DNA of 12,227 nucleotides, from the IMG/VR virus record IMGVR_UViG_3300045971_000195, positions 64,001-76,227 of that record. The stretch is one strand, 5' to 3'. The first letter of the stretch is position 1. Each line of letters opens with the position of its first letter. Origin of the DNA: a virus. Taxonomy: Duplodnaviria; Heunggongvirae; Uroviricota; Caudoviricetes. Positions 1 to 7,904 of the stretch are shown here, piece after piece. A model generated the notes under the pieces. That model saw only the letters and a list, made by a program, of their open reading frames with translations, did no database searches and was not told the DNA's origin. The position numbers and the translations under genes were made by a program.

Positions 1-1
1 T

Positions 2-643
2 AGTATGGACGGAGACAAGGGAGTGATATCGGAGGTATGTGAGATTGCCCGTATGCACGGAGCAATGGTCTATGTTGACGAAGTTCACGCAGTTGGGTTA
101 TATGGAAGTCGTGGCGCAGGCATTGCTGAAGAACAGAAATGTGTCGACGGAGTGGATGTTATCCAAGGTACCCTTGCTAAAGGATTTGGAGTGCAAGGTG
201 GGTACGTTGCAGGCAGCAGAGATCTAATTGATATGATCCGGTCCTATGCACAAGGGTTTATCTTTTCCACAAGTATGAGTCCAGTATTGTGCGCAGGTGC
301 TCTTGCAAGTGTTAAGTATGTACAAGATCATCCAAGCTTAAGAGAAAAGATTTTTCAAGTTGCTCAATCGACAAGAGAGCATCTAACAGCAGCAGGATTG
401 GAAGTAAATCCGTTAAGCATCGGCGGACACATCGTTCCTGTTATGGTGCGCGATGCTAAAAAGTGTAAATCAATAAGCGATTGGTTGTTAGAAGAAAAAG
501 CAATATATGCCCAACCTATTAATTATCCAACAGTGGGTTGGGGTGACGAACGGCTTCGACTATGTCCTACGCCCAATCATTCAGAAGCAGATATAGATTA
601 TCTTACAAAAAGCCTTAAGGAGGCATTCAATGGACAAAATTAA
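2..643 (+). CDS. hemA: 5-aminolevulinate synthase (PLP-dependent, Shemin/C4 pathway), 5'-truncated by the window edge
   Basis: Frame is open from position 2 (agt atg gac gga gac = SMDGD). Motifs DEVHAVGLYG, GTLAK (PLP lysine), IRSYAxGFIFSTS, HIVPV, QPINYPTV and ERLRxxPTPxH fit ALA synthase better than BioF/Kbl. Confidence 0.9.
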   Translation, partial: SMDGDKGVISEVCEIARMHGAMVYVDEVHAVGLYGSRGAGIAEEQKCVDGVDVIQGTLAKGFGVQGGYVAGSRDLIDMIRSYAQGFIFSTSMSPVLCAGALASVKYVQDHPSLREKIFQVAQSTREHLTAAGLEVNPLSIGGHIVPVMVRDAKKCKSISDWLLEEKAIYAQPINYPTVGWGDERLRLCPTPNHSEADIDYLTKSLKEAFNGQN

Positions 644-1058
644 AAAAGCAATTTGGTTTACATTTGGAATTATTTTTCTAGGTGTTGCATACTTAGGTAC
701 ATTTGTTCCAGGACTTCCTTGGAGTACTCCTGCACTGTTAGCAACATGGTGCTTCAGTAAGAGTAGCAAGAAGTTCCACGACTATATGCTTAACCATAAA
801 CTGTTCGGTCCGTTTATTAAGAACTGGGGAGAAGGTCGTGTATTTCCCACACTAGCAAAGTGGTTTATGTTTCTAAGTATGGACTTTAGTCTTATACTAA
901 TTTATTGGAGAACAGGTAACTGGAAACTATGTTTAGGTTTAAGTATTTTCTTTGCGTTAACTTTACTATGGGCAAGCAGATTGCCGGGCAACAAAGAAGA
1001 AGCCGAACGCAGAAAAGCGTCCGGCGAAAAGTTAGGTTGGTTTAATAACTACTTTTAA
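630..1058 (+). CDS. ybaN: YbaN/DUF454 family inner-membrane protein
   Basis: N-terminal TM helix, then GxFVPGLPWSTPxLLxxWCFSKSS, HDYMLNHKLFGPFIKNW and two more hydrophobic helices. Perfect SD AAGGAGG at 617-623; overlaps hemA by 14 nt. Confidence 0.85.
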   Translation: MDKIKKAIWFTFGIIFLGVAYLGTFVPGLPWSTPALLATWCFSKSSKKFHDYMLNHKLFGPFIKNWGEGRVFPTLAKWFMFLSMDFSLILIYWRTGNWKLCLGLSIFFALTLLWASRLPGNKEEAERRKASGEKLGWFNNYF

Positions 1059-1594
1059 ACTGACTCTCGCAGTTCACGCAGCTTGCGATAAACGTTTTGC
1101 ACACCAATTGCTTGACGTTTAGCGTCGGCTAGCGCATTGTGCAATTCACCTTTTGGCATGTCTGGAGTAAACCCAATATCAAACAAAGTTCTTGTATCAC
1201 GGATTCTCCAAAACTCACCCCACGGTGCAGTCTTGTTAAGCTGACGATATAGATCATCTAGCATGCCAATATCGAAGATTGAGCCATGTGACCAAAATGC
1301 TGAACATCCCCACGCAAACTTATGAAATGCATCTACTCCGTCCTCGACACTAATGCGTCCATCGGGTGAAAATGCTTCTTCCATAATTTTAGGATCTTGC
1401 TTGGACCACCAGTCGAGTGTGTTGTTGTCAACTTCTCGACCTAGTGTATCTTGTCCGTCGATATCCATCCTAAAATAGAGATCATCAAAAATCTCATCAG
1501 TCTGCGGATCAAATGTAACAGCACCCAATGTTAGGATCACTGATCGCGGAGTTACCGCCATCGTTTCCAAATCGACCATTAGGTGCTTTGCCAT
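1055..1594 (-). CDS. DEDDh 3'-5' exonuclease (phage DUF5051 / RNase AS / exonuclease VIII-like), 179 aa
   Basis: HLMVDLETM (ExoI), WSHGSIFDIGML (ExoII), RDTRTL and HNALADA (ExoIII). Start moved from the track's 1705 to ATG 1594, 1 nt after the rIIB stop, with AAGGGA upstream. Confidence 0.85.
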   Translation of the reverse strand: MAKHLMVDLETMAVTPRSVILTLGAVTFDPQTDEIFDDLYFRMDIDGQDTLGREVDNNTLDWWSKQDPKIMEEAFSPDGRISVEDGVDAFHKFAWGCSAFWSHGSIFDIGMLDDLYRQLNKTAPWGEFWRIRDTRTLFDIGFTPDMPKGELHNALADAKRQAIGVQNVYRKLRELRESV

Positions 1595-1595
1595 T

Positions 1596-2591
1596 TTAGA
1601 ATCCCTTAGGAGTAGGCCAACTTGTGCCGCTATTCCAACCAGCTGGGGTATATTGTGCCTGCGAAGCAGCCTTTGCAGCACGAGCCTTTCGCTTACGGAT
1701 AGCATCCTTGGTCATGGACAACGGATTACCCCAATGATCGTATTCTTGAGGAATACTTGTATCAATAGTTTGCCCCGAACGAGTGTACTGCACAGGTTCG
1801 TCGGCAGCAGTCGGAAATGGCCAAGCACTTTGCGGAGTCAATCCGTTTCCGTTACTTTGCACAGATTCTGTAAACGCCTTTTCGGGCGCACGTACTGTTT
1901 CTGAGTCCAACTCGCCGATAACTTCATAACGGCATGCACGACCCTTTGCATCGTTGTAATCACTTGGAATGGACACAACGTCACGCGGGTTAATTTTAAC
2001 AATCACAATACGATCGCCACCGAAGCTATTCAAGTAGCTTTGTGAGCAGAAGTGCAGACCTGCGGAGCAAGTACGATCTTTATCGTCATCAACACCGTTA
2101 CGTTCCATCTCAACAACCTTACCAACGGTGTTATCCATTGTACCCGAATGCACGTCGAAATAGTTTTGGCGTACTTTCTTGTAAGCAAGGAAGTGTCCGT
2201 CTGGAGTAATAGGCATACTGCCCTTTTCCAAGAAATTATACAGTTCGTCCACAGACCGCTTTGATGGGTTTGACATCAAGTTAGTCATGAAGTTTACCAT
2301 TGGCTCAATTGGAAAGCCTTCTTGCAACATAGTGATCATCTTAGTAGCAAGGTATCCGTTGAACGGAGCGCCCTTCCAGAACAGTTGTTCACCTTCAATA
2401 GTTACATTGCCAGCACCGTACTGGAGTACAACCTTCTTGGGTTCGATGAAGTCCTTCACTGCGTCCCAATCGCCCGCTTTAATAGCGGTTAGCACCTTGT
2501 CATAGGTGATATGTGTTTTGGAAATAGTGTGTGACTTATTTCCGATTACGACAACAATGTTGTTGCCTTGGATAAGATATGGATATGCCAT
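1596..2591 (-). CDS. rIIB: RIIB-like protein with a C-terminal low-complexity extension
   Basis: NPSKRSVDELYNFL, ITPDGHFLAYKKV, CSAGLHFCSQSY and VKINPRDVVSIPSDYNDAKGRACRYEV match the conserved T4 RIIB core; lies directly downstream of rIIA. Confidence 0.92.
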   Translation of the reverse strand: MAYPYLIQGNNIVVVIGNKSHTISKTHITYDKVLTAIKAGDWDAVKDFIEPKKVVLQYGAGNVTIEGEQLFWKGAPFNGYLATKMITMLQEGFPIEPMVNFMTNLMSNPSKRSVDELYNFLEKGSMPITPDGHFLAYKKVRQNYFDVHSGTMDNTVGKVVEMERNGVDDDKDRTCSAGLHFCSQSYLNSFGGDRIVIVKINPRDVVSIPSDYNDAKGRACRYEVIGELDSETVRAPEKAFTESVQSNGNGLTPQSAWPFPTAADEPVQYTRSGQTIDTSIPQEYDHWGNPLSMTKDAIRKRKARAAKAASQAQYTPAGWNSGTSWPTPKGF

Positions 2592-2628
2592 GATTAAATT
2601 GCCTTTCAGTTAAAAGTTATATATGTAT

Positions 2629-2657
2629 ATTATATACGAATATTTATTGCTTGTCTA
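2629..2657 (-). promoter_or_regulatory. sigma70-type promoter for rIIB (TAGACA-17-TATAAT); the -35 lies within the 3' end of rIIA
   Basis: Minus strand reads TAGACA agcaataaatattcgta TATAAT. Confidence 0.65.
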
Positions 2658-4833
2658 CTACAGAATCAACCATATTGATGTAATCTGCAAGGATGTCTGC
2701 ATCCACTCGATATGAAGTCAAGCAGTTTAGCAGTGGATAACGCTTGTTTATAGCGTGGAGTTCAGCTTGATATTTTGCTACCAGTACGTCCGGGCTGAAT
2801 GCAGTAGTTGGAGCAAACAACTTGAACAGATGCTCCACGTTATACATACTACCGTTAAACTTGGTAACTTTACCAAACGTTTCAACTACCGTTTTATATG
2901 GGCTAGTTGCAGTAATCTTCGAAAGCACCTGAACGGGCAGTTCAAACACAGTTGCATGGTTCAGCTTTGTCTTTACTACGCTCATCATAAACTTAGAGAT
3001 ATCTTTGGTCTTCAATGTTTCCGCAATATGCTCTTCAAAGTTCTTCCAGTTCGGACGCTTCTTGATGTCATCAATATCTGCTTTTCGTACACCGTAGATT
3101 TCACCATTAAACAGGCCAGGCAGGCTCTTAACATCCTCGTACATTTGCTTACCCGAGGTATAGCCTTTAGTACTCAGCATCGAGAATCCACTTAGCGGAA
3201 CATAATAAAACGTAGCAGTCTTGTCGAAAGCATCAGCCTTGCCTGCATCGCGCCAAACCATATCGTCGTCTTGCTGACTATACCGGCGACCACTGTTACC
3301 ACGCTTTTGCAGTGACAGGATAGTTACATTCTTACCAACACCTGCAACCCGATCCTTTTGCTTCAGCGTAGAAGCATTGAAGATCAACTTTTCCGGAGGG
3401 CTTTGAATTGCCAGGAAGAACGCTTTAATATTCATGTTCTTCGTCTTGTCAGCCTTTTCCAGAACATACACATTACGGTGATACACATCCATTGGAGTTT
3501 CACGATAGTGATGTTTTACACGTTCCAATGCACCAGTCTTCAAGTCATTAATCACAAAGTGGTTGTCGAGTGATACACCGAATGTCCGAGATTGCCATGT
3601 AATGTAGTTGCCGTTAGCATCCTTTGCATGCCCTGGAGCATACTGAGTCTCGCCCTTCAATGTTTGCATTGCTGAGTATCCGCGACCTTTGCCTACCGCT
3701 TTAATTACAATGTTATAATCCTTTGCAAGGTCTGCTTCCTTAAACTGCCATTGGCGCAGACGATGGTGATTTACACTGTCCCAAGTTGATAGCTTTGTAT
3801 CGACTGCATACTTGTAAACAGCAGCATTCCATAGTGGATGGTCTTTCTTCTTAAACAGAAAGACTGCACGTTCCCACAAATTTGTGATTGCATCTGCTTC
3901 CTTAGCCAACACAATTGTCAGCGCCGCATTCAATGCTTCCAGCTTAACGCGAATAGCGTCGATAGTTTGCGGAATGTATGATAGCCCTTCACGTGAAGCT
4001 TGGAAGTCCAATTCACCGATGCCAAAGTGCATCTCTAGATTACAGTTCAACAAACTTGCTACGCCACCCAATGCAGCATTAGATGCAGCAGGCACATTAA
4101 TTGGATAAGCAATATTGCCCATCACTGCCGTGCTTGACATACGGCCACCACCGCGCAACGTATGCACACCAGGAACAATATCCTTGCTTTCGTATTCCAG
4201 ATTATAGAATTCAAATCCGTGAGCGCCGAGCACCTTTGGGCGCAGTGCAAAGTGGGTATACACTGTGCGAGCTTCGTCGGTAAAGCGACTATAATCGTAG
4301 CGATCGTTTACGCTAAATTTAACTTCAACACCATTTTCTTCGTCGGTGTCATAATCGGTCATTAATGCAATCGACGGTACACCAGTATCGTTAATGAACG
4401 CAGTGTAGATTCGCTTGGAACCGTCCTTAATTGCAGTAACCGTAAAATTGTCAGTGTACGCAAACGGAGATTTAGAACCAAGCCCTAGCGCGCCGATGAA
4501 CTCGTTAGATGCAGTTTTTGTTGATTCAAAGTATGTGGTGTAGATTTGGGTAACTTGATCATGCGACAGACCAGTACCGAAGTCACGGATAGAAAAGTGC
4601 GGTTCCAGTGAGTTTGGAAGATGTACTTCAAACGGCACATTCTTCTTACCTGCGGCAGCATGCGAGTCCACAGCATTACAACTCAGTTCACGAATGATAG
4701 CACGTACTTTATTTGCATACAAGCCCGAGGACAGGATAGAGAAAGCTTTTGCACTATTGCGAATACGGAATTCGCCAATTTGGCCTACGTTACTCAAAAC
4801 AGCTTCGTTTTGGGGAGTAGAATTAAGAATCAT
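2644..4833 (-). CDS. rIIA: RIIA-like protein with an N-terminal GHKL (HSP90-like) ATPase domain
   Basis: AFSILSSGLYANKVRAIIRELSCNAVDSH, IRDFGTGL, GALGLGSKS and ELDFQASREGLSY; 729 aa; upstream of rIIB. Confidence 0.92.
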   Translation of the reverse strand: MILNSTPQNEAVLSNVGQIGEFRIRNSAKAFSILSSGLYANKVRAIIRELSCNAVDSHAAAGKKNVPFEVHLPNSLEPHFSIRDFGTGLSHDQVTQIYTTYFESTKTASNEFIGALGLGSKSPFAYTDNFTVTAIKDGSKRIYTAFINDTGVPSIALMTDYDTDEENGVEVKFSVNDRYDYSRFTDEARTVYTHFALRPKVLGAHGFEFYNLEYESKDIVPGVHTLRGGGRMSSTAVMGNIAYPINVPAASNAALGGVASLLNCNLEMHFGIGELDFQASREGLSYIPQTIDAIRVKLEALNAALTIVLAKEADAITNLWERAVFLFKKKDHPLWNAAVYKYAVDTKLSTWDSVNHHRLRQWQFKEADLAKDYNIVIKAVGKGRGYSAMQTLKGETQYAPGHAKDANGNYITWQSRTFGVSLDNHFVINDLKTGALERVKHHYRETPMDVYHRNVYVLEKADKTKNMNIKAFFLAIQSPPEKLIFNASTLKQKDRVAGVGKNVTILSLQKRGNSGRRYSQQDDDMVWRDAGKADAFDKTATFYYVPLSGFSMLSTKGYTSGKQMYEDVKSLPGLFNGEIYGVRKADIDDIKKRPNWKNFEEHIAETLKTKDISKFMMSVVKTKLNHATVFELPVQVLSKITATSPYKTVVETFGKVTKFNGSMYNVEHLFKLFAPTTAFSPDVLVAKYQAELHAINKRYPLLNCLTSYRVDADILADYINMVDSVVDKQ

Positions 4834-4868
4834 TTATTACCTTTCAGTGTGTTAGTGTCTATATGTTA

Positions 4869-4897
4869 ATTATACACAGGTTTTACCTGCTTGTCAA
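4869..4897 (-). promoter_or_regulatory. Perfect sigma70 consensus promoter for rIIA, with inverted repeat CAGGT-AAA-ACCTG in the spacer
   Basis: Minus strand reads TTGACA agcaggtaaaacctgtg TATAAT (17-bp spacer). Confidence 0.9.
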
Positions 4898-5343
4898 CCT
4901 GCTTTTCGCCAATCTTCATTTAAAATTGTTTTATCTGCATTGCACATTAAGCACAGTGATTGAACATTTTCCTCAGAATCATCTCCGCCGTCTGCACGGC
5001 GAATAATGTGATCCCCGATCATTCGATTACGGCACAGTCGATTAAACAGTTCGGGACTTGTTTCTTCTAACGTTGGATACAGTGTCCGAACTTGCTCACT
5101 TACATCATTGTTGCACTTGACACACACGTACTTCCTGTGAAAGGTGTGTGGACGGTTAAGTTTTCCTAGCCCGTTATACTCAACCTGCCCTAACTGATGC
5201 TTTCTGCACAATGAGTTCGACCCTGGCCCCTCGTATAAACTAAGGGGCGCGCCGCAACCGTCCAACGAACAGACTAATTGGTTTTTAATCTGTTGCTTGA
5301 GGATTGCCGGCGACTTCTTTTGGTCGTCGATTGCGAATCTCAC
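4894..5343 (-). CDS. HNH endonuclease with an extra N-terminal Cys/His (putative zinc) module, about 149 aa
   Basis: CxxC ... GDHIIRRADGGDDSEENVQSLCLMCNADK (HNH core) plus upstream CX4C...CxxH. Probable start is GTG 5343: AAGGA 6 nt upstream and a GTGA overlap with the upstream stop. The track used GTG 5370. Confidence 0.8.
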   Translation of the reverse strand: MRFAIDDQKKSPAILKQQIKNQLVCSLDGCGAPLSLYEGPGSNSLCRKHQLGQVEYNGLGKLNRPHTFHRKYVCVKCNNDVSEQVRTLYPTLEETSPELFNRLCRNRMIGDHIIRRADGGDDSEENVQSLCLMCNADKTILNEDWRKAG

Positions 5344-6494
5344 ATCAAGTCCTTTGCAGGAACTGGCCACAACGGATTTCCAGTTGGCACAACTCCGCTA
5401 AAGTTTTTGGCAATTTGCTTTGTCAAGAACGTCAACCCCATTCTGTATTCAGGGTAAGAAATTCCGCGCAGTGTTCCGTCAAAGCTTCGGTTTGTATCAA
5501 GCCACCATTGTTGATAGCTTGTTTTTGCTTTTGCAGCAAGCACAATGCTGTTGAAGTCACCGTTAAATGCAGTGCGCAAACTCCTTGCAATTCCGCGAAT
5601 ATATGCATCATCAACTACAATTCCTTCGTTCTGACACATTTTAAAATATTCGTACAGCATCCAACATTCTTTTGGTTGAACAGGTCGACCGCTTTGACAT
5701 ATTGCTACAAAGTATTTGCAGAAGTGTTGTGTGATGCTCAGATCGTAATTCTTGACGTCCATCAGTTCGTCAAGTCTTGTTAGTGCGCCTGGCTGATCAC
5801 CATCACCGAATTTTGTATGTGTGGCAAACATCTTTGCTGATTCGAGCGCCTTTTGCTTTGCTTCGACTAGCACCCAACTTGCATTGGTACTGTTGTCAGT
5901 TCTAACACCGAATACCATTTGATGGAAGTAATCAATTAAATCCAACGGCAATTTTGCATTGCCGTTCAATTCCATGAAGTTCTCACGCATTTCGCTCTTT
6001 TGGCTGCTTTCGTAAATTACGATAGGAACCTCGCACTTTGCAATATCAAGTCCTAAAGTTTGGGCAGCAATCATATACAGAACGATTGCAGTATGTTGTC
6101 CATCCCAGCATACATATTTTCCGGGGGCAAGCGGGTCTTGATACACTGAGATAGGCATGACGCGGATCTGTTTAAACTTATCCATAATCCGGGTTGCGTG
6201 AATCAAGTTCAACATGCGTTGGAGTGTGATGTCGATCACAATCTTATCAAGGGTAGTTGTTCCACTTTGACAAAATTTGAAATCTACCCAATCAGACAAT
6301 TTTGGGTTTCTAACTTTGAATTCTTCAATTGAAGCTTCGACCAATTGCTGGCGGAATGAGTCATTGCTAACAGTATGTGCTAACCGCGATGCTAAATCAA
6401 CGTACTGGCTTTTACTTTTGTAAAATTGTTGATTTACTGTATCGGCATAAACAAGAACAGTTGCAGTTTGCATAGGAGCGGCCATAAGTTGCAT
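5340..6494 (-). CDS. ParB/Srx-fold (DndB/DGQHR-like) domain protein, 384 aa
   Basis: LQR ... YVCWDGQHT ... VPIVIY ... FMELNGNAK is the motif order of ParB-like / DGQHR N-terminal domains. C-terminal half not recognised; exact start Met uncertain. Confidence 0.65.
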   Translation of the reverse strand: MQLMAAPMQTATVLVYADTVNQQFYKSKSQYVDLASRLAHTVSNDSFRQQLVEASIEEFKVRNPKLSDWVDFKFCQSGTTTLDKIVIDITLQRMLNLIHATRIMDKFKQIRVMPISVYQDPLAPGKYVCWDGQHTAIVLYMIAAQTLGLDIAKCEVPIVIYESSQKSEMRENFMELNGNAKLPLDLIDYFHQMVFGVRTDNSTNASWVLVEAKQKALESAKMFATHTKFGDGDQPGALTRLDELMDVKNYDLSITQHFCKYFVAICQSGRPVQPKECWMLYEYFKMCQNEGIVVDDAYIRGIARSLRTAFNGDFNSIVLAAKAKTSYQQWWLDTNRSFDGTLRGISYPEYRMGLTFLTKQIAKNFSGVVPTGNPLWPVPAKDLM

Positions 6495-6527
6495 AAAATG
6501 TTATCCCAAGTTGTTTAATATGTATTA

Positions 6528-6556
6528 ATTATAGCAGGTTTTACCAGTACTGTCAA
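6528..6556 (-). promoter_or_regulatory. Perfect sigma70 consensus promoter for the ParB-like/HNH pair
   Basis: Minus strand reads TTGACA gtactggtaaaacctgc TATAAT (17-bp spacer). Confidence 0.9.
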
Positions 6557-6581
6557 ATAAAATAGGCTCCGGAGAGCCTAT
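6555..6581 (-). terminator. Intrinsic terminator after the AAA ATPase gene
   Basis: Minus strand ATAGGCTC-TCCG-GAGCCTAT-TTTATTT: perfect 8-bp stem with a c(UCCG)g UNCG tetraloop and a U-rich tail. Confidence 0.85.
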
Positions 6582-6599
6582 CATTTGTCCAAAAACTAC

Positions 6600-7682
6600 T
6601 TAAAACGCTTTCCAGTAGTCGGAATACTTTTCTTCAACCTTTGTCAATGTCAACTTTTGGCCATCGCTATTCTCAAAGATGTAACGAGTTCCGCCGTTAT
6701 CGATAACCTTTAGGTCCTTTTGACCAAAGTATACAGAAGTCCAAGACCATTCGGAATCTTCTGGATCATCCTTGTTGTCTTTTTCCTTGTAGGAAATTTC
6801 GATATTTTCTCTGGACAATGGGTTTCCTTGCCAGTCGTCATCACCGATATCTTCCTTAGAAAGATCAATTCCGGCAACAGATAGCAGCGCCTTGAACTTT
6901 AGTGCACCACTAAATTCTGGCTTTGCATTTAGCATAGTTAGCGACTCTTGAGGAGATTCTTTGAATCTGTTCATTTCTTCAACCAATGCTTTTAACATGT
7001 CGAAGTTAAACTGATCAAACAATTGAGCAATCTTACAAATTTGATCAATGTGTTTCTTTTGTTCCAAATTGTCATCGCAGTATTCACGGATAAATGCTTC
7101 GTCCAATCCGCGGAAGTCTAACATGTAAAAGATTCGACCAGGCCGATTTCGCATGTGAGCATCCACACGCCACTTATCGTTACAAGTAAGAATAAACAGC
7201 TTCTTGGAAGGAAACACCCCGTCTAGGAGTGTTAGGATAGATTCCTGTTCTTCCTTATCATACACTTTTTCGAACTCGTCAAACAGTATGATACAAGGTT
7301 GCTCGATCATTTGGATGAACGAGTTAAACTTATCACCGCACCATGGAGCATTAATCACAATAGTAGGGATGCCTACCTTTGCAGCCTCAACCGCAATGTT
7401 CTTTGCCAACAAGGTCTTACCCGAACCTTTTTCGCCGTTCAACATAACACCTGTTGATGGGCCACGCAACTCAAAGGTCTTTAGAATACGACCGGTGTGC
7501 CGTGTTGTATCACCGTAAAGTTTACCAGAGATGTTGAATGATTCAATAGTCTCGAGGTACAGTTGTCCAGACATTTCGTCCTTCTTAATAACATAGTTAC
7601 CTGCGGGCAACTTCTCGTGCAAGTCCATTGCATCTTTAGTAGTTACTTTGAAGGTGTTACCGTTTCTCAAAAAATATGACAT
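6600..7682 (-). CDS. AAA+ ATPase (phage type), 360 aa
   Basis: Walker A GEKGSGKT, Walker B ILFDEFEK, sensor LFILTCN and arginine finger RPGR. Confidence 0.9.
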   Translation of the reverse strand: MSYFLRNGNTFKVTTKDAMDLHEKLPAGNYVIKKDEMSGQLYLETIESFNISGKLYGDTTRHTGRILKTFELRGPSTGVMLNGEKGSGKTLLAKNIAVEAAKVGIPTIVINAPWCGDKFNSFIQMIEQPCIILFDEFEKVYDKEEQESILTLLDGVFPSKKLFILTCNDKWRVDAHMRNRPGRIFYMLDFRGLDEAFIREYCDDNLEQKKHIDQICKIAQLFDQFNFDMLKALVEEMNRFKESPQESLTMLNAKPEFSGALKFKALLSVAGIDLSKEDIGDDDWQGNPLSRENIEISYKEKDNKDDPEDSEWSWTSVYFGQKDLKVIDNGGTRYIFENSDGQKLTLTKVEEKYSDYWKAF

Positions 7683-7717
7683 TTAAAATCTCTTTCGTTG
7701 TTTGCTAATCTAAGTTA

Positions 7718-7746
7718 ATTATACCTTATTACACTATCTTTGTCAA
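7718..7746 (-). promoter_or_regulatory. Perfect sigma70 consensus promoter for the AAA ATPase gene
   Basis: Minus strand reads TTGACA aagatagtgtaataagg TATAAT (17-bp spacer). Confidence 0.9.
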
Positions 7747-7904
7747 TACTGTGATGTCTACTATTTTGCCAAATATATTTCTTTAAGTGAGGCAACACAC
7801 ATACTTAAATGTCTTATTGTATTATACTGATGTACATCCTGTACTTTACTTGTAGTGAAGATTTGGATACTGTGCGTAAGTATTATAAACATCCGGAGAC
7901 CCCA

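Noticed and set aside
1595-1705. 37-aa N-terminal extension of the exonuclease in the ORF track
   Set aside because: It overlaps rIIB, starts at a non-ATG codon, and ATG 1594 has an SD and begins right at the ExoI motif.
2755-4869. Several + strand ORFs antisense to rIIA (2755-3195, 3358-3573, 3884-4108, 4101-4283, 4162-4365, 4621-4869)
   Set aside because: Shadow ORFs opposite a well-supported gene, with no recognisable motifs.
5304-5783. 159-aa + strand ORF, and likewise 7204-7518
   Set aside because: Antisense to the ParB-like/HNH and AAA genes; no protein-family signal.
7809-7904. N-terminal extension of the LuxR-type ORF (MSYCIILMYILYF...), which could look like a membrane anchor
   Set aside because: No SD at 7809, whereas ATG 7905 has GGAG at good spacing and gives normal NarL length. 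The extension is probably untranslated AT-rich leader; not fully excluded.
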